Positions 11,101-20,000 of a DNA stretch of 49,982 bases are shown one piece after another. The position numbers and the translations under genes were made by a program. This DNA comes from Candidatus Aenigmatarchaeota archaeon (GTDB lineage Archaea > Aenigmatarchaeota > Aenigmatarchaeia > QMZP01). The notes beneath the pieces are model-generated. The model was not told the origin of the DNA. It saw only the letters and a program-made list of their open reading frames with translations, and did not search any database. Position 1 is the stretch's first letter, and every line of letters starts with the position of its first letter. Where the stretch lies: contig JAFCEK010000001.1 of the NCBI GenBank assembly GCA_017609225.1, positions 1 to 49,982 on the forward strand. The letters are read 5' to 3'.

Positions 11101-11646
11101 AGACTGGGAATTCCATGAGCAGCTCTGGTTTTTTGAACCCAGCCCATTATTGCATTCAGCTTCTGTGGAATAGCTCCAGCAGCCTGCTTCATAACAGCTT
11201 CCCCATCTGCATCCTGTAGCATTCCTGCATTCAGCCTCTGTTTCCAGCTCCCAGCAATTTATGTTGGGATTGTAGCCTGTGCATTCGTTTTCCCAGCTGC
11301 ATCTCAGATTATAGATGTTATTTTCACACGCACTCTGGTTTGTTCCGTCAAATGTATCGCAATGAGGCTGTTCGCACCAGCCCCAGTCCGTTCCTGTCTG
11401 CCATGTGCAGTTTTTTCCGGGAATATCAGCTGAGAGGCATGCTGTTTCATTCCAGAAATTCCAGCATCCCAACTCTTCGCACCATCCGCCCCATTCGTCT
11501 GTATGCCAGTTGCAGTTAATATCAGCTTCGCATTCTGTTTCTGTTGTATAACTCCAGCAGTCTGCAGCAGCAAACGGAGAAACAAATATAATTGAAAACA
11601 TAGTAATTGCTGCAACTGCCCAAAAAAGAACAAATCCAGCCCTCAT
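5194..11646 (-). CDS. Giant (2150 aa) Cys/Trp-rich, sequon-rich surface protein with a C-terminal TM anchor
   Basis: Uninterrupted 6.45-kb ORF. Sec signal MRAGFVLFWAVAAITMFSIIFVSPFAAA. Many CW-x-C-x-C-x-W-x-WC repeats. Two D-rich DxDxDNLIDCxDxxC motifs. An FN3-like segment. A PGF-pre-PGF-like domain ends in TTPGFSVFAITGE. There are two Cys modules, then the TM IALAVVAVIIVIIAAALVY and KKRRV. Confidence 0.9.
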   Translation of the reverse strand: MRAGFVLFWAVAAITMFSIIFVSPFAAADCWSYTTETECEADINCNWHTDEWGGWCEELGCWNFWNETACLSADIPGKNCTWQTGTDWGWCEQPHCDTFDGTNQSACENNIYNLRCSWENECTGYNPNINCWELETEAECRNATGCRWGSCYEAGCWSYSTEAECNNGLGSKNQSCSWNSQSSYCYEKGCWDYSGTNQSVCENNPEGMNCTWVDNYYVHDSCEEYSCWHFDFTNQSACENNPYGLNCTWDGSSYCMEEGCWDYSTAGECEAAGCTWRLSEGWGWCEEVQCWTWDGWRGGTQNDCVNNAYGLNCAWESWGAGPNDGWCYPNFNMSCSNITTERECMETYYCFWQYTDWTNPALGGSCIDPSDFGYGESIFEEWNPGCYLFDKNSTNCNNVLGCEYSSNECIINTSHANANQIQDHGINCTMINESRLCNTISMLATCCEWKAGSCTENRISHACYDEMEPVPEGVTSCEDVIMKTTDSESARTLCDQIAGDPWYMPCIWDNSTKTCIPNREDIFGVNETQSCTILDNERNCLAAGCKWVLENYCEGNLSVPSGRCEPKGSDERNCMKACYACEYKFDGTAHNSTASAREYCLQNPKCVFTADADAPNGFGTCRAKKQFKTGIASDCTTDCGSCTYYGNPNASSYSSAAPGSATTFDMCNTPKCYCEHAYEFNNVKCKWIQENNSEMGGYCVDSSEKTCEDSCDRCYTQYDCVNKGRSAINATGSCEWSGGENDGYCSKAGETAEICWDSIDNDNDNLIDCTDPECFADSFCGFVSGDCFGWYNPELEDLGEANCIANNCTWMTDPWGSWCDFPGADCWKYDGNESACLARNATCEWSNGTGSGWCEQDWSIGEECYSMTTQTACEASPSDCIWTNDTYCEGEGATTEWCQTQGGWCEPAAFAPKNCWLYDSNRTACNLTEGCRWETNDWGAVCDVDWSSNCWQYNDNVSCNTAAGCTWRTDSWGSWCDNQLMVCWDYDNQAACSQHSDICYWDPSGFCEPICYNQSLGENGCNSVAGCRWTDGWCMEDWSAGGVDCWNESLSNDQNACDATEGCRWKEPGWCNPKGFAGGDVIGGMGTGAQAGMECWKYDGNESACTNETLIGMACQWMPEPYPFCEPDWSMECWKYDWNQTMCDEQTQCMWSSEFGYCTNVFEQCHTNITLSSNQTACDESPYCNWTTQAGAPDGGWCEPTCFSAATEAECGTGCRWMTGFCTSPGMHDMFYGMEEGPPVPVAFDPDGCDLVGPDSGLDGAVDICGLGMKDIGDAFGFGVDVRDFSQAGICKDEKTGPGMFGSGNQTVKLYIYLDTDGSTTGGCSLGHNSSAGGYEFMFKYISAWNSSLNKATEVFNAYKCGASGGWEAADITLSAWKEKMCSVIHGPMLAVKKSDLEKFPLLYDSEKDMRVSAASASENKNASSPSDMVGPGWVTPGAIDFSIDGFFEQDVDTAMFEDILMHGFVKYEDCLNGVDDDDDDMVDCNDWDCEFAPNCEGVGVNSPDYVDTSMPVIVGVKFEEYTDSALIMYETSKPTNGTVFFWYNDSTCSSTPYNRTIYDIGILSDDVREHKLWHTAEIYNDGGVNSLDYDLQPNTTYYYKIKICDSESRCSISACTPIRTASATRCPYCNFVTLIQVPDGWTVSYDLDQDGTWEHVQGQVCGPNAGMKTNYTSGRRANIKLNYTEGGEIIFLNVTLTKTGLSSDTRDIQEAGDLLFSDSETDSSGNTIGYVGMISETRDKIINNLHPQICKLTIPRGDTACDHLYQCDNSGENCIERTDEANLTGTTSTTCTWQIPYCEFSIWASGEPGTSTGGRDTGGTPGGGAAGASSVSETVNIGTIPAGTSGVAAFTKEDDLYVQEITITPKTNAENVVVTVKKEAAKPANVTDAPGNVFAYLTITALNIKEENITTAKIKFKVLKSWLTDNSIDENSVKMMRYKDNTWQTLQTAKVSGSLSLTGAVTAGDCGILGLGCIVKGVIEFVEGILGAITGRATGVEDYVYYQATTPGFSVFAITGEEAAAAGTVCTPDAIQCSGDDLQRCMSDGSAWETIETCQYGCNETALVCNTEEGIAPTQTVCSPGLKRCLGNELQQCSGDGTGWETVETCTYGCNESGLVCEAPVNITGIALAVVAVIIVIIAAALVYKKRRV

Positions 11647-11705
11647 TATATATAATTAATATAGAGAATATAAATATTTAAACCAATTCAAACCAAATAT
11701 TATTC
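11647..11705. promoter_or_regulatory. Divergent AT-rich promoter region between the giant gene and the pilin-like operon
   Basis: 59 bp (tatatataattaatatagagaatataaatattta...) with several TATA-like boxes. It sits between two divergent start codons. Confidence 0.5.
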
Positions 11706-11933
11706 ATGAATAATTCTAAAGGGGCATTCCAGCTGAGTCTGAGCTTCATTATAATAATAGTTTTTGCTATTGTTCTTTTAACCCTTGCAGTAACATGGCT
11801 GCAGGGCGTGATAACCAGTGTAACAGGTCTTACAAATGATCTAACACAGCAGGCACAGAGCAAGCTTCAGAGCACGTTTTCGCAGACAAACAAAAACTTT
11901 GCTGTATGGCCCAGCAGCTATAAGATTGAGTGA
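11706..11933 (+). CDS. Pilin-like protein, N-terminal part (class III signal peptide), ending at an in-frame TGA
   Basis: MNNSKGA/FQLSLSFIIIIVFAIVLLTLAV. Same reading frame as 11949-12323. Confidence 0.6.
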   Translation: MNNSKGAFQLSLSFIIIIVFAIVLLTLAVTWLQGVITSVTGLTNDLTQQAQSKLQSTFSQTNKNFAVWPSSYKIE

Positions 11934-11948
11934 GGCAAGGCATTCAAG

Positions 11949-12323
11949 ATGTCTGCAGGAGTGAAAAACAATGCAGATGACGGGGCAAGCCATAAATTTG
12001 TATTGAATGTTGTCCCTGCAGCTGCAAGTGTAAGCATATTTAGCTCCTATGGCTGTTCAGGAACTGATATAAACAGCTGCGTTGCACTTGAAAATGATAT
12101 GGCAGGATGGGTAACATTTCCCGCAGGCGTGTTCACAGTGCAGATAAACAGTGTGGGATACAGGGATATAACAATAACAATACCAGATGATGCCAAAACC
12201 GGAACATACCAGTTTGATGCTGTCGTGTGCTGCACTGACTGTGCTGATTATGCTGGCTCCTGCACAACAGACAACCTTAACTGGGGCGGAAGCGCGCAGC
12301 CGATTCAGATAATTGTTGAATAA
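11949..12323 (+). CDS. Cys-containing extracellular-type domain without its own signal peptide (probable C-terminal part of 11706)
   Basis: In frame with 11706-11933, separated by TGA at 11931-11933 and 5 sense codons. There is no hydrophobic N-terminus. Confidence 0.55.
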   Translation: MSAGVKNNADDGASHKFVLNVVPAAASVSIFSSYGCSGTDINSCVALENDMAGWVTFPAGVFTVQINSVGYRDITITIPDDAKTGTYQFDAVVCCTDCADYAGSCTTDNLNWGGSAQPIQIIVE

Positions 12324-12370
12324 TTCTTTGAATATATTATAACAAAAACAATTATTATTTAGTGGGATGT

Positions 12371-12847
12371 ATGAATGTGGGAGCTGTGTTTGGCATAATA
12401 TTTGCCGCAATATTCATAGGATTTATCCTGGCATTTGGTACAGGAGCAATAACAGACATATTCTGTGTTGGCAATGTTGCCCAGACAAACAATGCAGTAA
12501 AGCAGCTTGAGATAGCTGTTGAAAACCTTTATGTAAGGGGATCCGAGGGCTCAAGCGATGAATATACACTAAACATACCTGACAATGCAAGGGTATGCTT
12601 TGTGAACAGCACAGATGCAAGCCCGAATGTCCTGGGCGGCTGGATGCCAGACCCTGATACAGCGCATATAGTGAAAAGAAAGATAGAAACACAAAACCTC
12701 AATGTATGGGTTTACTACAACTGCGGAAGCCAGGAGCCGGGTTACAGGATTGAGTATCTCTCTGTGCCCAGCAGCTTTTGCGCCAGTCCAGGAACATCGC
12801 TCTATCTGGAGAACAAGGGACTTTCGGTTGAGATATCAAAAATGTAA
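12371..12847 (+). CDS. N-terminally anchored secreted protein (operon member)
   Basis: MNVGAVFGIIFAAIFIGFILAF hydrophobic N-terminus. Tightly spaced in the co-directional operon. Confidence 0.6.
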   Translation: MNVGAVFGIIFAAIFIGFILAFGTGAITDIFCVGNVAQTNNAVKQLEIAVENLYVRGSEGSSDEYTLNIPDNARVCFVNSTDASPNVLGGWMPDPDTAHIVKRKIETQNLNVWVYYNCGSQEPGYRIEYLSVPSSFCASPGTSLYLENKGLSVEISKM

Positions 12848-12887
12848 TTCATCAGCGCATGATTCAGAGTTCACATAACTGATATGC

Positions 12888-14015
12888 ATGATAACATTAT
12901 TCCAGCTGTTCAAGATGATTTTTGGCATAATTGTGGCAGCCTTTATTCTCTATGCGCTTCTGAATTATTCAGGCAGCTATTCAGTATTTCAGGAAAGCGG
13001 CATAAAGGCAAAGATATTGAACAATTTCAGGGAAACAGCGCAGGATGTTTATTATTCCGGAAATGCCATAACCTATACAGACTTTTCTGCATATGATTTT
13101 TCTGGCACAAGATATGAACCGCTCAGAAACCCCCCTCTAATAGTGTCCGAAGCAGGGGAAATGGATATATGGTTTCCTCTTTTCTTTGTTATGGGAGAGA
13201 ATGTTTACATACACAGGGGCAGCCTTGATTACAAATTCTGGAAATTTTATTTTGTTGAGGCACTACCTGATATGAATATAATCTTTAATCCTGTTGACAA
13301 CACGCCTGATGCATGGGAAATAATGCAGGGCATAGTGGAGCTTATGCCTGATACAGCAGGAACAGAAAGGAAAATATATTTCGGACTTTGTGACGGGGAT
13401 TTTTATGAAACAAATGCATGCGGAGGCAAGCCATGCAGCAGAAATGACTTCCTTAATGCGCAGTCCACATTCTCTGCAACCCGGTTTGATAAATGCACAG
13501 CATCCCTGCCGCAGAACTCAAGGCTTGTTGTGATATCATCAGGCTGCACGCAGGGCTATGCAAACAGCAGCATATGCATAATACCATCCGGTTCAGGTGT
13601 TGGAAATTTCTATATCTCGGGTTCTCCTGAAAAATTTATATACAGGGATTCCCTTGACCTGCTGTCTGCAGTCCTTGGCGGGACAGAGCAGGATGCATTT
13701 GGCAAAACGCAGGGGGAAAAATTTTATGAATACAAAAACAGGATATTTGGGGAAAGATTAAAGATAGCATCAGACATAACCGCCAAAAGGTCGCTGCTTG
13801 TTACAGGAAGGCTTAACCCGGATACGGAAAGCACTGACTATTACTGCAGGTCAGTTTATATTTCCCTTGAGGGCATAACAAACCAGATAAAATCACTTGT
13901 TTCCAACAGGAATTACTACACGAATACAGCAGACCAGACAAACCTTAAGAATCTCCTTGAGCAGGCAAAGCTCAATTACCAGGAGCTTGTAAACAGGGGA
14001 TGTGAGTATCAATGA
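12888..14015 (+). CDS. N-terminally anchored secreted protein, 375 aa
   Basis: MITLFQLFKMIFGIIVAAFILYALL N-terminal helix. Its stop overlaps the next start (ATGA at 14012). Confidence 0.65.
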   Translation: MITLFQLFKMIFGIIVAAFILYALLNYSGSYSVFQESGIKAKILNNFRETAQDVYYSGNAITYTDFSAYDFSGTRYEPLRNPPLIVSEAGEMDIWFPLFFVMGENVYIHRGSLDYKFWKFYFVEALPDMNIIFNPVDNTPDAWEIMQGIVELMPDTAGTERKIYFGLCDGDFYETNACGGKPCSRNDFLNAQSTFSATRFDKCTASLPQNSRLVVISSGCTQGYANSSICIIPSGSGVGNFYISGSPEKFIYRDSLDLLSAVLGGTEQDAFGKTQGEKFYEYKNRIFGERLKIASDITAKRSLLVTGRLNPDTESTDYYCRSVYISLEGITNQIKSLVSNRNYYTNTADQTNLKNLLEQAKLNYQELVNRGCEYQ

Positions 14016-14536
14016 AAACAAAAAACATAAAGGGGCAGTATTCTGTTCTTGAATATGTGTTTCTTTCCCTGTTCATTATAGCAATCATAATAGGGCTCAT
14101 GTTTTTCCTTACCATATGGAGCAGCATACAGTTTGGAGCTGAAAGCATGAAAACAGAATGGGACAGGGCTTTATGGCTCGGCCAGTATGTTCAGAACATT
14201 CCCCTGCTGGTTAAGGAAACAGGCATGTTTGATGATGGCAAGCTGACAGCCCTTGCAAGCATGGGCCCATCAAAGGCATGCGAATATCTTGAAAGCCTTG
14301 CAGGCCCTGACTTCTTTATGGAACTCAGGATTCTGGATGGAAATGAAACCCAGATAAACTGCACATGGCAGAACTATCCTGACTGCAATTACTGGGAGTT
14401 CTGCAAAAATACAGGCAAAAAAAAGAAAAAATTCTACACGCTTCCTGTAAATGTTTACAGAAGGATAGGGTTCAAGCTTCAGGAAACAACCACAGGCAGA
14501 ACAGACATTGGAATATTAAAGGCAGGTGTGTACTGA
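14012..14536 (+). CDS. Pilin-like protein with a class III signal peptide
   Basis: MKTKNIKG/QYSVLEYVFLSLFIIAIIIGLMFFL: K-G-Q site followed by a hydrophobic helix. Confidence 0.7.
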   Translation: MKTKNIKGQYSVLEYVFLSLFIIAIIIGLMFFLTIWSSIQFGAESMKTEWDRALWLGQYVQNIPLLVKETGMFDDGKLTALASMGPSKACEYLESLAGPDFFMELRILDGNETQINCTWQNYPDCNYWEFCKNTGKKKKKFYTLPVNVYRRIGFKLQETTTGRTDIGILKAGVY

Positions 14537-14559
14537 GGGTAGCAGCGGAAGGAGATTGC

Positions 14560-15093
14560 ATGAATGCAGAAAAAAACCATGAAAAGGCGCAGGCAAGCAT
14601 AATAATGATAGTCCTTGTTCTCATAATATTTGCAGGGCTTGCCCTGTTTCTCCTCTCCTTTGCAAAAACAATGAGCCAGGAGGATTACATGAGCACCTAT
14701 GTTAACAGTCTGCTGCTTTCAATAATGAGAACAGACACAGGATACCTGGATTCAGACTGCAGGCTTGTGTCAGATGCAATATCATGCAGCTTTTTCTCAA
14801 CAGGGCTTGTGTGCAGGGATTCGGAAATAACATGCGACAGCCTGGCATACAGAAAGGTGGAGGAATACATAAACAGAACCATAAAAAAAGGCTTCAGGTA
14901 TTTCTTTTCTGTAACACCGGAAGGATTTGTTGCAAGGTCAAGCTCGGGGGAGCCAATAAAATTTGAAATCGGGGATTCAAAGCTGAAAAGCGAGAAAACA
15001 GAAAAATGGAGCGCAAACCAGAGAATAATGAAGGCAACAGCAACAGGCCAGTATTCCCTGAAGGTTCAGCTTGTTATAGCTGTGAAAAAATAA
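14560..15093 (+). CDS. Pilin-like protein with a class III signal peptide
   Basis: MNAEKNHEKA/QASIIMIVLVLIIFAGLALFLL. Confidence 0.65.
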   Translation: MNAEKNHEKAQASIIMIVLVLIIFAGLALFLLSFAKTMSQEDYMSTYVNSLLLSIMRTDTGYLDSDCRLVSDAISCSFFSTGLVCRDSEITCDSLAYRKVEEYINRTIKKGFRYFFSVTPEGFVARSSSGEPIKFEIGDSKLKSEKTEKWSANQRIMKATATGQYSLKVQLVIAVKK

Positions 15094-15169
15094 CAGCATG
15101 CCCAGCTCTGCGAGCCCATGATTTCAAATAATTTCCAAATTTATATACATATAATGTTAATTAATTATT

Positions 15170-17020
15170 ATGAATATTAGGAAGGGGCAGGCAGAGCTCA
15201 TAATCCTGGTTGGCATAATAGTTGTTTTTGTGGCTGTTGTTTTCTATACATACCAGTCAAGCCTGTTCACGGCACCTGTAACACCTGAAACAGAAAACAT
15301 AAGGAACACTATAGAGAACTTCATAAGGGAGGGAGCAAGAGACACGCTCAGAACAATGTATGATTACGGCGGATACCTGGAGGCGCAGCCCGGCTCCGTG
15401 ATTTTTCTGGGAAAGGAAATTCCATACTGGCAGAAAAGCGGACAGGTATCATACCCTGATGTGAGGCAAAATCTTGTACAGGGCGTAACAAGCTATCTGA
15501 ATGAAAACAAGGATTCTCTTGAGGCAATGCTTGCAGGAAAGAATGTAACCCTTGGAACCGCCTATGTAAGCGCGGTTATCCTGGGAAGCCAGATAACCCT
15601 TACAGTAAACATGCCAACCCAGTACATGGAACAGAGCCTGCAGCAGCCGTATGTTGTTACAGTTCCATCCAAACTCGGCGAGATATATGAGTTTTCAAAG
15701 GGATTTGCAGCGCAGGAGGCCACAAGCAGATATTTTGAATATTTCACTGTGTCCAGCATGATGATAAGCCCGTTTGAAGGCGGTGTGCAGGCAGTGCCTG
15801 TTGTGGTTTTGCTTACGCAATGCGGGGAAATGGTTTTCAAAACATGGTTTGATATAAAACCCGGAATGGAGGATGTAATAAAAACAACGCTTGCTCATAC
15901 CTATATGCCAGGCAAGTCACCGCTTGGCGTAATGCACAAAACAAGCTTCCCGAAATATATGATACCTGAAATAGGAAACAAGGCATATGAGGATTTGAAT
16001 ATAAGCTTCCATCTGCCTGATGATTTTGAATTAACGCAGAGCAATTTCCAGTTTACCCCAAATCCGATAAGTGCATTTACAGAGCCTGTGCCAATGACAA
16101 GCCAGTGCTATTCAAACCCTGTTTATGTCAAGTATGCAGTAAACTACCCTGTTATTGTAAGGGTAAAGGACAGCCTTACAGGAGACAGCTTCCATTTCGC
16201 GATTGATGTTTCCATTTATGACAATGCGCCAAGGCCATGGACATCTGATACAACAGGATACACACCAGAGGTGCAGCAGGAGATATGCGAGAACCAGCTC
16301 TGCACAGCAAGCATAACAGTCACAGACAGCAGCGGTGCACCTGTTTCTGGAGCAGAAGCAAGCTTTATGGGATGCCCAATCGGAAGAACAGACAGTAATG
16401 GTATAGTGACAGCTTCCATACCATGCGGTATAGGGCCTCTTGTAATATACAAAAACAGATACCAGACATTCGAGCAGATGATGTCCTCAGACCATCTTGA
16501 AGGCACCACGATATCTATTGAAAAGATACCTGTGGTAAATCTGAATTTTTATGAAGTTAATATAGTCAACAACACGCTGACAGACGAGTACTGGATAAGG
16601 GTTGGAGATGTGAATATGATAGATGATATAACAGATGAAACAATTCATATAATATTTTATGACCTTTCAACAGGCGAAACCTATGAGAGAATATACGAGA
16701 ACAGGCAGGCAACAATAAGGCATATACCCCCGGGTTCATATGCTGTTACAGCCATGCTTTCAAGCCCTGATATGGCAATCATGTATGGCGCTGTGCTAAC
16801 CACACTTACAATAACAGAAGATATGGACGGAGGCACACTTTATGTTTATCTTCCTTATAATTTTGAATTCAAGGACATAACAGACAGCGTTGAAAAAACA
16901 GTTGCATCCAGAACATTAACAGCAGTGCTGGAGGAATGCGGCATAGGACCAATATCAAGCGAACAGTACGATATAAATAATTTACCATGTAAAAAAGCAT
17001 ATAGCGAGATTGTAATCTAA
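15170..17020 (+). CDS. Large (616 aa) pilin-like protein with a carboxypeptidase-regulatory-like beta-sandwich
   Basis: MNIRKG/QAELIILVGIIVVFVAVVF. Internal ITVTDSSGAPVSGAEASFMGCPIGRTDSNGIVTASIPCG resembles the CarboxypepD_reg fold. Confidence 0.7.
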   Translation: MNIRKGQAELIILVGIIVVFVAVVFYTYQSSLFTAPVTPETENIRNTIENFIREGARDTLRTMYDYGGYLEAQPGSVIFLGKEIPYWQKSGQVSYPDVRQNLVQGVTSYLNENKDSLEAMLAGKNVTLGTAYVSAVILGSQITLTVNMPTQYMEQSLQQPYVVTVPSKLGEIYEFSKGFAAQEATSRYFEYFTVSSMMISPFEGGVQAVPVVVLLTQCGEMVFKTWFDIKPGMEDVIKTTLAHTYMPGKSPLGVMHKTSFPKYMIPEIGNKAYEDLNISFHLPDDFELTQSNFQFTPNPISAFTEPVPMTSQCYSNPVYVKYAVNYPVIVRVKDSLTGDSFHFAIDVSIYDNAPRPWTSDTTGYTPEVQQEICENQLCTASITVTDSSGAPVSGAEASFMGCPIGRTDSNGIVTASIPCGIGPLVIYKNRYQTFEQMMSSDHLEGTTISIEKIPVVNLNFYEVNIVNNTLTDEYWIRVGDVNMIDDITDETIHIIFYDLSTGETYERIYENRQATIRHIPPGSYAVTAMLSSPDMAIMYGAVLTTLTITEDMDGGTLYVYLPYNFEFKDITDSVEKTVASRTLTAVLEECGIGPISSEQYDINNLPCKKAYSEIVI

Positions 17021-17031
17021 AAGATGAGAAT

Positions 17032-20000
17032 ATGGATATAAAGCACCTTGCACTGGAAATCTTTGCAGTAGCGGTATCCTATTTATTGTTAATGTTACCT
17101 GTAACATCAGCCACAAGCGTTAATATATTTTTCAATGGCATACAGCAGGACACAACAGATATATCTCCCGGAAATCTTGTAAGCAAAGAGATAAACGTGT
17201 ATCATGATGCTGATGATATAACATGGACAAACATAAAGGTTCTTGTAACCCTGAGCAGCGCAAGCCTTTCCCACAGCATAAAGAAAATATATTTATACAA
17301 ATGCAAAACACTGTCGCCATCCGCATGCATCCAGGGAACGCCCCAGGTATTTGACAGCTGGATTGATACAGAGCTTTCATGGAATGATATATCCCAGAGT
17401 GAGGGCGTGGGGGTTTATCCCCAAACAGCAAACCTGATGTTCCTTGTTAAGCTTGAAGACTTCAATGGCAAGGCAAGCTGGGTTGGCTTCTGGGATACCA
17501 TAAGAAGAATAGACTACAACATATTCAATCATTATAGTTATCCCCTCAATGAAATTGAATTTCATGCAAAATCCCTGGATATGATAGAACCCATAAAGAC
17601 ATACATAGAAAATTACCAGATGATTCCCTTCAACTGGGCAGAGAAGGTTGTATTCAGGATGGCAAACATACTCTATGGTGTTGGTGCAAACGAGCAGGAA
17701 ATTGAACAGACACCACCGTTTTTTGATGGGGCCCAGACAAGTACAAACCAGGTAACAAGCATAGGAAAGGACTATTACTTTGTGCTTTCAAACATCACAA
17801 GCGGCATAACCAATCCTGTAACCATGCGTTTGAATCCATCATTCACATGCGGCAATGGCCAATGCGAAACAGACTTGGGAGAAACCACATCAACATGCTG
17901 CTATGACTGCGGCTGCGCAGCAGATTTCTATTGCGATATGAGTGATGAACAGAATCCGGAAACAGGCGCCTGCAGGTCGCTAACAGAAATCACAGTAGAT
18001 GTAACAAGCACATCAATGGCTGACATAACTGACTGCAGCCAGAACCAGCAGTTAACTATAACAGCGCAGATAAATAATGCACCTTCCAACCTTCCCGCAA
18101 CGCTTACAGGATATATAAAACTGAATGAAACCCAGTATAATGTTCCATGCCAGTCAAGCATCCCAGGAATATATGAATGCACTGTAAATCTGCAGCCAGA
18201 GGTAAGATGCGGTGACGGAAGCTATGTTCTTGGTCCAAATGAGATTAATTTCACCATACCATTTAATGACGGACCTGATATGATAACTGAAACAATAGGA
18301 ACAGAATTTTCTGACATAACAGTAAACTACAACTGCGAATGTGCAGGCGGATATTATTGTGATTCCGGTCTGAGAATGTGCAAGCCGGAGGGGCAGATAG
18401 CGCTTGTTATAATAAATGTTACCTCATATATGGATAATTACAATCCTGCAGGGGATAACATAGGAATATATGCAACAATAAACAATCCCCCATCTGACAT
18501 GAGTATTACAGGAAGTTCATATGTTCTGGGAAACATAACCTTTGACGGAAGTTCTTCGCCTGGTTCCTCAGGAAGCGTGACATGTGATGAAAGCAACAAC
18601 ATATATTACTGCAGCATACCGCTGTTTATACAAAACTATGACCACTCAAGGCAGTATATAGTGAACGGAAACAGCCTCTCATTTACAATAAGCTTTAGTG
18701 ATGGCGGCAACTCCATAACAAAAACGCTTACAACAGGGTTTTCCGATATTATAGTGCCTTCGTACAGATGCGGTGATACTACATGCAATGCCGAAGAGAA
18801 TTCAGATAACTGCTGCCTGGACTGCGGATGTCCCAATCCCGATGATTACTGTGACAGGGTTTACGGCTGCGTGAACGAAAACAACATAACCATGGTTATC
18901 GATACAATAACACCTGAAAACCTGACTGACTGCAAGATACCCCATGTGCTTAACATAAAAGCAAGAATACTCAACGCGCCAAGCGACCTTGTTCTCAATT
19001 ATTATTATTATCTGCAGAATGATGAAATAAAGGGCTGGAACCTGTTATGCATGGAATCACCGCCAGGATCAAATATGGGAATTTTTGAATGCCAGCTTGC
19101 TGTTCCCCCCATTGATGATTGTTCCCTGCCTTATTACACGCTTGGCAATAATAAGCTGAGGTTTTCAGTTTCATTTCCAAACGGCCTCACGCAGGTTCTG
19201 ACAAAAACGCTTGAGGCTGAGTTTCAGGATATAAACATAGTTCCAACATACCATTGCGGTGACAATATATGCGAATATGACCTAAACGAGAGCGGCTCTG
19301 TGTGCTGTATTGACTGCATATGCGGCTCAGACCCGGATTTTGGATCTGAATATTACTGCGACTATGACCCCCAGCTGAATCCAAACGGCACATGCCTCCC
19401 AAAAAACAACATAACACTTGTTATAGACAAGCCGATGGCAGTTGTGCATTTCACAAGCTGCGAGAAGGCAAACACAGTAAACATAAAGGCGCATGTTGAA
19501 AACCAGCCTTCAGGCATGATTGTTGAAAATATTTTCGGCATTTTCAACGGGGAAACAGCTGAATATATCTCATGCACACCTGAAATGGGAATAATTACAA
19601 CACCAAACTATACAGGACCTGTTGAATGGAACTCATACAACTGCAGTCTTATTGTACCTGCAGAGCAGCAATGTTCACAGGGCCAGACATACACCTATAG
19701 CAATAACTCACTCTCATTCTTCATAAGCTATACAAACGGTTTGGGAAAAAGGGAAACACAGATACTTACACAGCCATATCCTGATGTGACAATAACCCAG
19801 AATATAAGAACACTTTATGACATAATGCAGGATGCAATCAGCAGGATGAAAGGAAAGCTTCAGGAAACCATAACACTTATGGAGGACCTCATCAAAATGT
19901 GGGAGGACTGTTTGGACATGCTGATTGCATTAACCATAGTAATGGTTATAGGAACAATTGTGGCAGGCGTTATTGGAGCCAAGACCGGAGGGACAGAAGG

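Noticed and set aside
5322-11633. Dozens of 60-160 aa ORFs on both strands inside the 2150-aa gene (for example 6113-6598 +, 8171-8614 +, 8316-8690 -)
   Set aside because: All are nested in one uninterrupted 6.45-kb ORF with clear repeat and domain structure. Their translations are low-complexity (S/P/H/C-rich) mirror images of the Cys/Trp codon bias and have no start signals.
11931-11933. The in-frame TGA as selenocysteine or as genome-wide TGA reassignment
   Set aside because: TGA terminates well-conserved genes in this window at the expected protein ends (aspS, rrp41, the 1464-aa gene). No SECIS-like hairpin is evident downstream, and the codon does not sit at a Cys-equivalent catalytic position.
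14411-14431. A-rich tract (aaaaaaaagaaaaaa) in the 14012 pilin-like gene as a slippage or phase-variation site
   Set aside because: The tract is interrupted by a G and is much shorter as a pure run than the pyrG tract. It simply encodes KKKKK in frame, so there is not enough evidence to call it a switch.
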